This document shows positions 13,683 to 28,017 of a stretch of 64,000 bases of DNA, in pieces (position 1 is the stretch's first letter; every line of letters begins with the position of its first letter). The DNA is taken from contig JAXLNO010000385.1 of the NCBI GenBank assembly GCA_038087875.1, positions 310,001-374,000 on the forward strand. The letters are read 5' to 3'. The position numbers and the translations under genes were made by a program. The notes under the pieces are model-generated. The model saw only the letters and a list, made by a program, of their open reading frames with translations, made no database searches and was not told the DNA's origin. Origin of the DNA: Malacoraja senta. Taxonomy: Eukaryota.

Positions 13683-14834
13683 TCACGGACGTACAAGTGC
13701 ACGAATTGCACTCAGTGGGAATTTAACCGCGTTGATCAGCTCAGCCCTGAATTTACTCTGGGTCACCACGTAAATACACGTGTTGGTGCAGGTACTGAGC
13801 ATCTGCAGGAACATCGACGTGACCATTGTGATGTAGTAATAACCGGTGGGGTTGCTGTCAACTCGCACCTTCGCAATACGCGTAAAGATGTAAAATATGG
13901 CCTGTGTTGCCCACAGCAGGACGAAAGTGCCCGTGATACTGAAGAGTAAAACGATGGATTTCCTGCGGTTCTCCATCTCCGGGTCCTTGTCATTCTCTCC
14001 GTTGCTTTTTCCCCGGAGCCCCCTGCGGACTCTGCTGGCCGCTACAATCCGCCTGACCGTCAGCACATTGAGCAGAAGGATCAGAAAGAACGGGACACAA
14101 GGGGTTAGAACGCGGTGTGTGGCCTCATATGCGATCCATGCAGACGACGTATAGAAGGTGGGGTTGGTGTAGCAACGCCAGGGAAGATTATCAAACACGT
14201 AGAGAGGTTCTATCGTAAAACACCGGGGGCGTTCTCTAAACAGCCCAGCACACTAACTGCCCCGATAATCACAGCCGCCGTTCTCTCAGTGCAATATCTT
14301 GTTTTCAGCTTCTCACAACAAATAGCCACAAACCGATCGAAGGTGAAGGCGACCGTCAGCCAGACAGAGACCGCGGTGGATGCAAAGACCAGGTAATTGA
14401 TAGTCGTGCACACGGGAGTAATGTTCAGCAAAGAATACGGGAAGTGAAATAGAATAGTCATACGGAGACACGGATCGGTGATGCCGACCAGGAGATCAGA
14501 CGCTGCCATGGCCACCAGGTAGACTGATGCATTTGGAGAGACCGCATTTACCTCGACAGAGAATCACAATCGCCAGCAAGTTTACTGTGAAGGAGAGAAG
14601 AGATATTACTGACATAAGCCCCGCACAAAAGTATCTGAGGGACATTGTCTGATTGGAAGGTTTTCAAATTTCAAATTTGGTTGACCAAATGACCTTTAGC
14701 CCAGACCACGTTCAGAGACTACAGCCTTTGGACAACGGTGTCCACGCACCTCATCAAACACCAATGTATATTACGTTCACAGCTTTTAATACTGTCCATA
14801 TTCTTCTGAACTGTCTCCAGATTGTAGCATCCAT
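13683..14834 (-). pseudogene. gpr139-like: GPR139-like class A GPCR pseudogene (paralogue of 32561-33715)
   Basis: Main exon 14584-13683 follows the acceptor ctccttcacag. A 2-bp deletion near 14524 and a 1-bp deletion near 14230 relative to copy 2 split it into ORFs 14210-14515 and 13683-14198. The candidate exon 1 at 14834-14754 ends in TGA. Confidence 0.88.
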
Positions 14835-16710
14835 CTCCACTGTCCCATGGACAGTAGTTACAGAAACCATTAATAGGCAGGTCAATTGCATGTGGGAGGA
14901 AACATGCGCACAGCCAAGATTAGCGTGGAGACGGAGGAGTAACGATGAAACATTGCTCATAAAGCACGGGAGGGTGGAGATTGAACCTGCGTCTCCGGAA
15001 CTGTGTGACACCGGCAGTCAGGCACGCAAATCGCTATCAATACTTTGGGGGGGGAGGGGGGGGACGCTGACATCGGAAGCTGACCGGTTTGGTGACCGAC
15101 TCCGAACTTGAGCAACAGCAGCTTCGTCCGCCTCGAATGGTGGGGCTTGAATCGGCCCGATCGCAGGGTCTTTCATCGGCCGGCGGGGTGTTCAAGATGG
15201 GGAGCCTCGGTCGCCTGGATGCAGCAGGTTGATTTTAAGCCGCGCTGAGCGATGAAAGGCCCCGCGAATTGGCCGATTCAGCACTTAGAAAGTGTCTGAT
15301 AAATTCCGGATTACAAAACATAGGTGGGATTGTCCCCAACCTCTCAAAGCGCCGGGGGGGGGGGGGGGGGGGCGGTGCTCCCATCCTTCCCCAGAATTTC
15401 CGCCCATGCAGGCAGTACTGACTGTGGCACGATGGCGAAGATGTACAGATACATCTACGGATATAATTCGAATTTACAGATCGTCCGAAGGAGAAGATAT
15501 CGAAATACATAACACTAACTGATATAAAATTACGTGACAGCATCTGTTTACATCTGAGATAACATCTGAGTTTACATCATAGTAAAGTCGTGACATCTTC
15601 ATGGAGTCAGATCCCAGTTCGTGACATTCACTTGCTTTATCTCATGAGCTGTAGCATTACAGGTCTAACGCGGGATTACGCTTCACGCAGCGACGATGCA
15701 GAAAATATATCGATTATATATTCAGTTAAGCAGGTTTGTCCGATTGGGAACACATGTCATTTCACTAACACGTTTCAGACTCTCCACGGAAGGAACCCAA
15801 GTTGCCATTCTCACAGCTCCTGACCAACATACCAGGGTGTGATTATCTGATACCTGCTCGCTGGTCAGGGCTCTGGCCGGCGCAATCAGTACAGACAGTG
15901 ATCCAGGCCGGGATAAACAACGGGCATGACGTACACATTGCGGCAGTTACAGTAGGAACATGGATGTCTAACCAAATTAAACAAGTGAATTATTGAAACA
16001 CAAACAATGTTTGTTTAACGTCGGCACCGCCGGAGTTTACGGAATGTCTCACAGCTAATGCGCGCACATGAAAATCAGAGACAAACCAAATTACCGAAAA
16101 CAGCGACAGCCGCTATTGTAGGGTAATATATATCTTGAATTCGATAGATCAATGGATATCCCATAGCTGGAAGACACAATTAACTCCTGTGGCTCCGTCA
16201 GTCCGTCATCGCTGTAGCTCTGTGGCGATACCGTCTGGTGGGCACCGAGATATATAGAGCGATAGGTCTCCAGCGACATGACCTCATACCTGCTGATTGA
16301 CATTAGTGACACTCACGGAACAAACACCTTGCGCCACAGCCATTAACTCCACCATGGGAGATGACAAGCGAATAATTTAAGGATCGAGTAAAAAAACACT
16401 GGAAGCGAGTCGCTGATAAACAGAGTCTGGAGAATGGTCACTATCCGAAACGTCACATATACACGGTCTCCAAAAATGTTGCCTGACCCTGTTACACCAG
16501 CACTTTGTGTATTTTTCACTGACAACAAGAATTTATGCTTTCCAATGAAAGAATGGTCCATGACACTGTGTTATTTCATTTAATGTTGGTGTGATTTCGA
16601 TGGCCATCTCCAGTGAACCCATCTACCATTCCACTTTTGTTTTTTCCCCAAAAATAAATCATAATTCATACCATGACATCACTGATATTGCAAGGGATGC
16701 TGAAATATTC

Positions 16711-17101
16711 ATAGAAGCATAGAGACATGGGCAATAGGTGCAGGAGGATGTCATCCGGCCCTTCGAGCCAGCACCGCCATTCATTGTGATCATGGCTGAT
16801 CGTGCCCAATCACTAACCCGTGCCTGCCTTCTCCCCATATCCCTTGATTCCACTAGCCCCTAGAGCTCTATTTAACTATCTTTTAAATCCATCCAGTGAT
16901 TTGGCCTCCACTGCCCTCTGTGGCAGAGAATTCCACAAATTGACAACTCCCTGGGTGAGAAAGTTTTTTCCCAACTCTGTCTTAAATGACCTCCCCTTTA
17001 TTCTAAGACTGTGGCCCCTGGTTCTGGACTCGCCCAACATTGGGAACATTTTTTCCTGCATCCAGCTTGTACAGTCCTTTTATAATTTTATATGTTTCTA
17101 T
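16711..17101 (-). mobile_element. CR1/HER1 LINE 3' fragment (paralogue 38915-39300)
   Basis: Minus ORF SRTRGHSLRIKG...VVNLWNSLP. Confidence 0.85.
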
Positions 17102-17720
17102 AACCATATAACCATATAACCATATAACAATTACAGCACGGAAACAGGCCATCTCGCCCCTTCTAGTCCGTGCCGAACACTTACTCACACCTAGTCCCAT
17201 CTATCTGCACTCAGACCATAACCCTCCATTCCTTTCCCGTCTATATACCTATCCAATTTATTTTTAAATGATAAAATCGAACCTGCCTCCACCACTTCCA
17301 CTGGAAGCTCATTCCACACAGCTACCACTCTCTGAGTAAAGAAGTCCGCCACATGTTACCCCTAAACTTCTGTCCCTTAATTCTCAAATCAGGTCATCTT
17401 GTTTGAATCTTCCCTTCTCTCAATGGAAAAAGCTTATCCACGTCAACTCTGTCTATCCCTCTCATAATTTCAAAGACGTCTATCAAGTCCCCCCTTAAAC
17501 TTCTGCGCTCCCAAGTATACAGACCTAACTTGTTCAACCTTTCTCTGCAACTTAGGTGCTGAAACCCAGGCAGCATTCTAGTAAATCTCCTCTGTACTCT
17601 CTCTATTTTGTTGTCATCTTTCCAATAATTAGGCGACCGAGATTGTACACCAAACTCCAGAATTGGCCTCACCAATCCCTTGTACAATTTTAACATTACA
17701 TCCCAACTTCTATACTCAAT
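17102..17720 (-). mobile_element. CR1 LINE 3' fragment (same subfamily as 19530-22716)
   Basis: Minus ORF 17394-17696 LYKGLVRPILE...QRRFTRMLPG and an (aaccatat)n tail. Confidence 0.9.
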
Positions 17721-17721
17721 G

Positions 17722-18178
<457 letters not shown>

Positions 18179-18179
18179 G

Positions 18180-19532
18180 TAATCTATCTTCCATCTATCT
18201 TCGATACTTAACTAAAACTCATCTTGTCCTCTTCCGGATTGCGCTGTATTTATATTTGCGCAAAGACGGTCCCCGATAGCGCTACGATTCCACCCCTCCC
18301 CGCCTGGTTCGGCGTCCCCCTGTGCTACAAGCGCACTAAGGTTTCTTCCGATCGGTGGAATATGACACATTACGCAGATTGCGCTTCTCTCCTGTCAGTC
18401 GCTTGGACGACCAAGCCCCTTCCGGCACCCGCTGTCAATCACCGGGGCGAGGAGAATAAAGCAACGGAGGCCGGGCTGAGTCCGCGAGCCGCCCTGAGCC
18501 CAGCGGCCGTCCCGAATCCGTCCCGAATCCGTCCTCCCGCCGTCCTGCGCCGCCTCGAAGCCGCCCCGAAGCCAGTGAGCCCCGAAGACGTCCCGAAGCC
18601 GGTGAGCCCCGAAGACGTCCAGAAGACGTCCCGAAGCCGTCCCGAAGTCGGTGAGGCCGGAGCCGTCCCGAAGCCGGTGAGTGCCGCAGCCGCCGGGGAG
18701 CCTAGGAGCCGCCCCGAGTCTGGGAATTCCGGAGGCGGCCCGGAGTGGGGAGCGGTCCGGAGCCTGGCCGACTGCTGCAACCTCCAGATCCTGCGGAAGT
18801 AAGGAGTGAGTGTGGGGGGATTGAGGGAGCCGGGCGCTGGCGGGGGCCGGGCGCTGGCCGGGGCACAGCACCACCGCACACACATCCACGCACTCCCCTC
18901 CCCTAGCACACACCCCTCCGCCCCCACCGGCCCCCGCCTGAAGCCGGACGTGTCCCCAGCTGCAGGATGCACCCTACAGACCCCCTCCTGTAGCCGGTGG
19001 GGAGCGGTAGCGGAAGGCCACGGCAGCGGAAGGCGACTGCAGCTGTAGGTCACGGCAGCGGCAGGCAGCGGAAGGCCACGGAAGGCCACGGCAGCGGTAG
19101 CGTTTGGCCACGTCAGCGGTAGGTCACGGCAGCGCTACCTAGTTTCAATTACAGACGAATATGCGATTGAGAGAGTGAAAAGGCGACTATTCTCATTTGT
19201 GTTGAAAGTTGGAGAAGACGAGATTTGAAAGAATGAAGACGATGAAATTGTAATGCCAGAAGACATGGTTCTATCAACAAAAACATTGTATTGATTTCAT
19301 CTATCCCGCATTTGACAATCCTGTAGAATTATTCTACGACAATTGTATCTTGGTTCCGCACAACGATACGATGAGAAGCATCAACTCTCCATGTATCAGA
19401 TGCTTCCCTGGAATTAATAAGGAGTACTTTTCATTCAATGGTGTCACTGAGGGAACTAATGCTTCCCAACAGCTTTCCTTGATTCACTCGACATCTATGG
19501 ATTATCACCACAAATTGGAATTGAATAAAGGA
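18180..19532 (+). mobile_element. Internally deleted Helitron-like element, copy A
   Basis: 5' end tctatctt...actaaaactcatcttg, then GC-rich internal repeats, then a Pif1-helicase fragment. Truncated by a CR1 at about 19530. Confidence 0.7.
19142..19532 (+). pseudogene. Helitron RepHel Pif1-type helicase fragment (stops and frameshifts)
   Basis: Conceptual translation FQLQTNMRL..VLKVGE..IDFIYP..NCILVPHNDTMRSIN..FPGINKEYFSFN..FLDSLDIYGL..HKLELNKG follows the Helitron order L..NMR / LL.IG.G / AIL.P.N..V..IN / PG...Y.S.D / FLNSL...GLPPH.L.LK.G. Confidence 0.75.
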
Positions 19533-22500
19533 TCATTGGGACCTCTTTCGGGGAAGGTGTGACCTGTCCAGAAAGGATGGGTTGCACTTGAACCCGAGGG
19601 GGAGCAATATCCTGGCGGGGAGATTTGCAAAGGCTACTGGGGAGACTTTAAACTAGAATGGTTGGGGGGAGGGACCCAAATACAGAAAGCTAGTAGAAAA
19701 TGTGGGAGGCAGGAGGCAGATAAGGGAAGCACTCGGACCCAAAATGTAGAACAGAAAGAAGAAAAAGATAATAAACAGAGAATAAGTGGTGGTGGGTTTC
19801 TTAAATGTGTATATTTTAATGCTAGGAGCATTGTAAGGAAGGTGGATGAGCTTAGAGCCTGGATTGACACCTGGAAGTATGATGTTGTGGCGATCAGTGA
19901 AACATGGTTGCAGAAGGGCTGTGATTGGAAACGAAATATTCCAGGATTTCGTTGCTTTAGTGGTGATGGAATTGGAGGGGCAAGAGGTGGGGGTTTTGCA
20001 TTGCTTGTCAAGGAAGAGGTGGGGGTGTTGCATTGCTTGTCAAGGAAGATATTAAAGCAGTGCTTTGGCAGGATAGATTAGAGGGCTCTATTTGGGTGGA
20101 ACTGAGAAATGGTAAAGGTGTAGCAACACTTATAGGGGTGTATTATATACCGCGAAATGGGGAGCGAGAATTGGAAGAGCAAATATGTAAGGAGATAGCA
20201 GATATTAGTGGTAAGCACAAGGTAGTGATTGTGGGAGATTTCAATTTTCCATACATAGACTGGGAAACACATTCTGTAAAAGGGCTGGATGGTTTGGAGT
20301 TTGTAAAATGTGTGCAGGATAGTATTTTGCAGCAATACATAGAGGTACCTTCTAGAGAAGGGGTAATGCTGGACCTCCTGTTAGAAAATGAGACAGGGCA
20401 GGTGGCGGAGGTATGCGTCGGGGAGCACTTCGGGTCCAGTGATCACAATGCCATTAGTTTCAATATAATTATGGAGAGGGTCAGAACTGGACCTCGGGTT
20501 GAGATTTTTGATTGGAGAAAGGCTAACTTTGAGGAGATGCGAAAGGATTTAAAAGGAGTGAATTGGGACATGTTGTTTTATGGGAAGGATGCAGAAGAGA
20601 AATGGAGGACATTTAAAGGTGAAAGTTTAAGAGTACGGAATCTTTATGTCCCTGTTCGGTTGAATGGAAATAGTAAAAATTGGAAAGAGCCATGGTTTTC
20701 ACGGGAAATTGGACACTTGGTTCGGAAAAAGAGAGAGATCTACAATAATTATAGGCAGCATGGAGTAAATGAGGTGCTTGAGGAGTATAAAGAATGTAAA
20801 ATGAATATTAAGAAATAAATTAGAAAAGCTAAAAGAAGATATGAGGTTGCTTTGGCAAGTAAGGTGAAAGTAAATCTAAAGGGTTTCTACAGCTATATTA
20901 ATAGCAAAAGGATAACAAGGAATACATTTGGTCCATTAGAGAGTCAGAGTGGACAGCTATCTGCAGAGCCAAAAGAGATGGGGGAGATATTGAACAATTT
21001 CTTTTCTTCGGTATTCACCAAGGAGAAGGATATGGAATTATGTGAGGTAACGGAAACAAGCAGAGTAGCAATGGAAACTAGGAGATTCAAAGAAGAGGAG
21101 GTGCGGATTCTTTTGCAAAAATATGAAAACGGATAAGTCTCCAGGTCCTGACGGGATATTCCCTAGGACATTGAGGGAAGTTAGTGTAGAAATAGCAGGG
21201 GCTATGACAGAAATATTTCAAATATCATTAGAACCGGGAATAGTGCCCGAGGATTGGCGTACTGCGCATGTTGTTCCGTTGATTAAAAAGGGTTCTAAGA
21301 GTAAACCTAGCAATTATAGACCTGTTAGTTTGACGTCAGTGGTGGGCAAATTAATGGAAAGGATACTTAGAGATAATATATTGTAGCATCTGGATAAGCA
21401 GGGTCTGATTAGGAACAGTCAACATGGATTTGTGCCCGGAAGGTCATGTTGGACTAATCTTCTTGAATTTTTCGAAGAGGTTACTAGGGAAATTGATGAG
21501 GGTAAAGCAGTGGATGTTGTCTATATGGACTTCATTAAGGCCTTTGACAAGGTTCCTAATGGAAGTTTGGCTAAGAAGATGCAATTGTTGGGTATTAATG
21601 GTGCAGTAGCAAGATGGATTCAACAGTGGCTGAATGGGAGATGCCAGAGAGTAATGGTGGATGGCTGTTTGTCAGGTTGGAGGCCGGTGACTAGTGGGGT
21701 GCCTCAGGGGTCTGTTTTGGGTCCACTGTTGTTTGTCATCTACATCAATGATCTGGATGATGGTGTGGAAAATTGGACTAGTAAGTATGCAGATGATACT
21801 AAGATAGGTGGTGTTGTGGATAATGAAGTAGATTTTCAAAGTCTACAGAGAGATTTGGGCCATTTGGAAGAGTGGGCTGAAAGGTGGCAGATGGAGTTTA
21901 ATGCTGATAAATGTGAGGTGCTACATCTTGGCAGGACAAATCAAAATAGGACGTACATGGTAAATGGTAGCGAATTGAGGAATGCAGTTGAACAGTGGGA
22001 TCTAGGAATAACTGTGCATAGTTCCCTGAAGGTGGAATCTCATGTAGATAGGGTGATAATGAAAGCTTTTGGTGTGCTGGCCTTTATAAATCAGAGCATT
22101 GAGTATAGAAGTTGGGATGTAATGTTAAAATTGTACAAGGCACTGGTGAGGCCAATTCTGGAGTATGGAGTACAATTTTGGGCGCCTAATTATAGGAAGG
22201 ATGTCAACAAAATAGAGAGAGTACAGAGGAGATTTACGAGAATGTTGCCTGGGTTTCAGCAACTAAATTACAGAGAAAGGCTGAACAACTTAGGTCTTTA
22301 TTCTTTGGAGCGCAGAAGGTTAAGGGGGGACTTGATAGAGGTCTTTAAAATGATGAGAGGGATAGACAGAGTTGACGTGGATAAGCTTTTCCCATTGAGA
22401 GTAGGGAAGATTCAAACAAGAGGACATGACTTGAGAATTAAGGGGCAGAGGTTTATGGGTAACATTTGGGGGAACTTCTTTACTCAGAGAGTGGTAGCTG

Positions 22501-22716
22501 TGTGGAATGAGCTTCCAGTGGAAGTGGTGGAGGCAGGTTCGATTTTATCATTTAAAAATAGATTGGATGGGTATATGGATGAGAAAGGAATGGAGGGTTA
22601 TGGTCTGAGTGCAGGTAGATGGGACTAGGGGAGAAAAAATGTTCGGCATGGACTTGAAGGGCCGAGATGGCCTGTTTCCATGCTGTAATTGTTATATGAT
22701 TATATGGTTATATGGT
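19530..22716 (+). mobile_element. Near full-length CR1 LINE (ORF1 end plus disrupted EN-RT ORF2)
   Basis: EN motifs YFNARSI, VAISETWL, VGDFN, SDH. RT motifs KSPGPDG, NYRPVSLTS, PQGSVLGPLLF, KYADD. Several stops and frameshifts; (ttatatgg)n tail. Confidence 0.95.
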
Positions 22717-22928
22717 AAAACTGCACACAATACTCCAGTTGTGGGCTCACTAGGGCTCTGTACAACTGCAGAAGTACCTCTTTGCTCCTATATTCGATTC
22801 CTCTTGTTATAAAGGCCAACATGCCATTCGCTTTCTTCACTGCCTGCTGTACCTGCATGCTTACTTTCATAGACTGATGTACAAGGACCCCCAGATCCCG
22901 TTGTACTTCCCCTCTTCCCAACTTGACG
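22717..22928 (-). mobile_element. CR1/HER1 LINE internal fragment
   Basis: QRDLGVLVHQS.KVSMQVQQAVKKANGMLAFI...LYRALV. Confidence 0.8.
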
Positions 22929-22929
22929 G

Positions 22930-23309
22930 AATGAGGGGAGAGGAGGGGGGGAGGGAGGAGGGGAAAGGGTGGTGGGGAGGGAGATGGCGGGGAGGGGAAG
23001 GGTGGGGGAAGGGCAAGGGTGGGGGGGGGGTAGTGGGCGAGGGTGAGGGGAAGAGGGGGGATCAGTGGCATCACAGCGGGAACCCATCAGCCGCGTCAAG
23101 AGGGAGTAAGGAGAGGGGGAGATGAAGGGGCGCGGTAGGTGGGAGCAGGGGAAGGGCAAGGAGGGAAGGGGGAGTGAAGGGACGGGGGGTGGGATCAGTG
23201 GCGTCACAACGGGAACCGATCAGCCACGCCTGCGCAATTTGTGGCTATGCGTAACTGGTGGAATATTGTGTTGGTGGAATGGGACCCAAAGGATCCCACG
23301 TAGTCTTGT
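22930..23309 (+). mobile_element. Helitron-like 3' terminal fragment
   Basis: Hairpin gggacccaaaggatccc followed by acgtagtcttgt (degenerate CTAG|T). Homologous to the reverse complement of 2516-2740. Confidence 0.55.
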
Positions 23310-23568
23310 AATCGTATATATTTCATTAAGATGCCCGCTCATCCTTCTAAATTCAAGTGTATACAAGCCCAGTCGCTCCATTCTTTCAACATCTGACAGT
23401 CCCGCCATCCCGGGAATTAACCTGGTGAACCTACGCTGCACTACCTTTTGCTTTTGCTATGAATGCTAACATACCATTCGCTTTCTTCACTGCCTGCTGC
23501 ACCTGCATGCCCACTTTCAATGACTGGTGTACCATGACACCCAGGTCTCGTTTCATCTCCCCTTTTCA
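23310..23568 (-). mobile_element. CR1/HER1 LINE internal fragments
   Basis: [28 protein letters not shown]. Confidence 0.8.
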
Positions 23569-24650
23569 ATCCAGTTCTGTAACTGAGTCGCACTCCTAAA
23601 TCAGGCCTTTGTAACTCCGCAACCCGATTGCTCCCCTTCAGCCGGTATGTGATGGAAGCGAGATGGTCATTTCCAGACTGGGTGAGCACATTTTCCATCA
23701 GTTTCAGCTCTGTCTGTAGCTCCAGGATCAGGTGCCACCTTTTTCTGGTTACATCAAGAACCTGTGGTAGGTGCAGGAAAAATGTTCCCAATGTTGGGGC
23801 GAGTCCAGAACCAGGGGCCACATACAGTCGTAGAATAAAGCGGAAGTCATTTAAGACTGAGGTGAGAATAAAACGTTTTCACCCAGAGAGTTGTGAATTT
23901 GTGGAATTCCCTGCGACAGAGGGCAGTGGAGGCCAAGTCACTGGATGGGTTTAAGAGAGAGTTAGATAGAGCTCTAGGGGCTAGTGGAGTCAAGGGAGAT
24001 GGGGAGAAGGCAGGCACGGGTTATTGATTGGGGACGATCAGCCATGATCACACTGAATGGCGGTGCTGGCTCGAATGGCCGAATGGCCTCCTCCTGCACC
24101 TATTTTCTATGTTTCTATGTAATGGATCCATCCTGGTCAGTGTTATAACCATAAGTAGAGTTGTCAGCCTTATTCACAGGACGTCTTGGTGCAGGGATTG
24201 TTCCCCAAGTCCAACCTCAGGATAAAAAGGAGGGTTAATAGCCCCATTGTCGTTTCTTGGTTCCCCTCCATTTAGTCAATCATGTCAGATGTCTTCAATG
24301 GGTGTAATCTTCAATCTTCACGGTGGTTGGTGTCGCAGTAGCACCTGGTACAGTCCCCTCCAACACAGACCCAATTTCGTCCGATCCCAGTACCTTAGTA
24401 GTATGTAGTCTCCCAAGTAGTATGGACTGTGTCTGTGTTCAACTGGCAGTGGCGTCTGCGTTTCCAATAGCTCTGAATGCAAGACCAACAAGGTTCGGGT
24501 TAATTGCAGTGCGCTTGTAATTAATTAATCGCTGAGGGCCTGTCGGTCAAAGCTAACTTCCACACTCTTTAGTGTCCTATTCATTCCCTCCACCAATCCA
24601 GAATTCTATGGGTGGTGGGGGATGTAAGATCACTCTCTAACTACTTACAA
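23569..24650 (-). mobile_element. Endogenous retrovirus relic (class I-like integrase C-terminus and possible env), split by a CR1
   Basis: Minus-strand translation YIPHHP*NSGLVEGMNRTLK (~24570-24626) and GDYILLRYWDRTKLGLCWRGLYQVLL/TPTTVKIEDYTH*RHL (~24285-24415), then ATG 24247 MGLLTLLFIL. Confidence 0.7.
23766..24119 (+). mobile_element. CR1/HER1 LINE 3' end
   Basis: Matches 8693-9045. Confidence 0.85.
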
Positions 24651-24819
24651 GGCAAACCCTTTAAAAAGTAAAAAAAGATCATTATTAAGAAGATTTTTTT
24701 TTTTTAAATATTCCCAATTGTTCCAAGCTATCTCCCCCAAATTTACGATTTCAAATTAACAGATTTTGTTCTGAGATAAAGGAATCTCCAATCTCAGCTA
24801 GCACATCTACCTGGATGCG

Positions 24820-25160
24820 TGAAACATATAAGATTGTTAAGGGTTTGGACACGCTAGAGGCAGGAAACATGTTCCCAATGTTGGGGGAGTCCAGAACCAG
24901 GGGCCACACAGTTTAAGAATACGGGGTAAGCCATTTGAAACGGAGACGAGGAAATTCTCTGCCTCAGTGGAGGCGGGTTCTCTGGATGCTTTCAAGAGAG
25001 AGGTAGATAGGGCTCTGAAAAATAGCGGAGTCAGGGGATATGGGGAGAAGGTAGGAATGGGGTACTGATTGGGGATGATCAGCCGTGATCACATTGAATG
25101 GCGGTGCTGGCTCGAAGGGCCGAATGGCCTCCTCCTGCACCTATTGTCTATTGTCTATGC
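24820..25160 (+). mobile_element. CR1/HER1 LINE 3' end, internally deleted
   Basis: ETYKIVKGLDTL.AG and the 3'UTR tail. Confidence 0.8.
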
Positions 25161-25199
25161 TACGTGGCCATCGTGGAATTCAAGTCTCTATTTGAACTC

Positions 25200-25650
25200 A
25201 ATTCAAAAGGTAAGAAGGTGGAATGAACATTTATTAAACGTGCATAAATGTTCGATTAATGTAAGACACATTCCAAAACTGAAATCAATAAAATTTTCCC
25301 AAATGTATCATCAATTTGTGATAAATGCCAATCTCAAGAAGCTACTATAGCGCACTCATTTGTTTTCTGTACAAAAATTCAAAAATTTTGGATTGAAATT
25401 TCTGAAATCTTTACAATTTTTTTTAAAATAAAACTGATACCCAAAGCAGAATGGATTATCTTCGGAACAACGGAAGATAGTCCAGAACTAAATGTGTTCC
25501 AAAAGAAATTAATAGACTATGGGTTAATAACTGGAAAAAAGTTAATGCTGGAAAAATTCTCCAACACCAACTATAAACATGTGGATTTCAAATATGTTCG
25601 AAACATTACACCTAGAAGAGATAAGACTCCTCCTGGCAGGTAAACCAGAT
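25200..25650 (+). mobile_element. L1-like LINE ORF2 C-terminal fragment
   Basis: HKCSINVRH and MWISNMFETLHLEE, homologous to 36800-37270. Confidence 0.75.
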
Positions 25651-26009
25651 CGGCATGCGGCATCACACACATTAACCACCCCCCCACACACACTAACTAC
25701 CCCCCTTGCCAATATATTAATATTATTAACTCTCTCTGTACAGCGTGGAAACAGGCCCTTCGGCCCTACGTCTAAACCGAACAACGTGTCCCAGTTGCAC
25801 TAGTCCCTGGCGTCTGGTCCATATTCCTCCAAACCCGTCCTATCGGTGTAACCTTGTAGCGGTTTCTTAAACGTTGTGATAGTCCCAACCTTAACTATCT
25901 CCTCTGGCAGCCAGTTCCATCCACCCACCACCTTCTGTGTGGAAACGTTACTCCTAGATTCCTATTAACTCTTTTTGTCCTTCACCTTGCATCAACGTCG
26001 TCTGGTCAG

Positions 26010-26323
26010 ACAAACGCCTCCGTTGCCATGCTGTGAAAACGGAGAGGATGAGAAGGAGTTTCTTCCCAGAGGCCATTAGGACTGTAAACTCCTATCTCAC
26101 CAGGGACTAACTTTACTGAACCATTTTACTGTTGTATGATGTATTTTTAAAAATTGCTATTTTTCTTTTTTTCCACCCAAAAATATGTAATATGTGAATA
26201 TGTGATTCTGTCCATTCTGTTTTGTAGTTTGTTGCACAATCCGCGAGCATTGCCACTTTCCATGTCACTGCACATCTCGTATGTGTATGTGACGAATAAA
26301 CTTGACTTGACTTGACTTGACTT
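26010..26323 (+). mobile_element. Rex1/Babar-like LINE 3' end (paralogue 39927-40236)
   Basis: KTERMRRSFFPEAIRTVN C-terminus, aataaa and a (cttga)n tail. Confidence 0.6.
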
Positions 26324-26824
26324 GGTCCTCGATTCACCTACTCTGACCAATCTATAGGGAGGTTGCACGGCAGTCGGGGTCACGACCCGTGACCTATACT
26401 GTTGCCACGCAAAGCCAACTGGAGTACATGCGGTGAACGTCGGGTAAGCGCTTACCACGGCTTCCAGTGCAACGGGCCCGTTTTCTGTCCCAACATTCGG
26501 ACTCCACGCTGACTGGTTCCACACTCACGTACCCCCGGCCGTCCATCCCCGCGGCTGGGGGTCTGGGGGTGTTCGGGGGGGGGGGGCGGTGTCGGGGTCC
26601 GGGGCCGGTGCAGCGCGGTCAGTGACTCTGGGTGGACGGAGGGACCAGACTGTCTCCAACTCTGCTGCAACTGACGGGGACGTTGCCGGGTTTTCGTCCC
26701 ACGTGTGTCCGCTGCCTAGAGCCGCGGCCCTGCTCCACCCGGCCCCGTGTGTGTGGGCGCTGCCGACCCACAGCGCGTGACAGTGCGGCCGCACAGGGGG
26801 AGACGGGGCGGATGGCGGCCGTGG

Positions 26825-28017
<1,193 letters not shown>

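Larger units (their letters stand above)
11920..17103. repeat. GPCR duplicon copy 1 (segmental duplication)
   Basis: 11920 onward matches 61288 onward. 12491-17103 matches 31369-39300. In addition 25735-26750 matches 39652-40760. Confidence 0.92.

Noticed and set aside
14230..14524. The -2 and -1 frameshifts in GPCR copy 1 might compensate
   Set aside because: The shifted frame between them scrambles TM2-TM4 and contains a TAG, so no full-length product results.
18224..19089. GC-rich ORFs / CpG-island-like promoter (also 28235-29851)
   Set aside because: These are internal repeats of the Helitron-like element, present in several copies.
23550..23572. Polypurine-tract-like aaaaggggaga+TG after the ERV relic
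   Set aside because: The same string is ordinary CR1 ORF2 sequence (compare 30272-30300); no LTR is visible.
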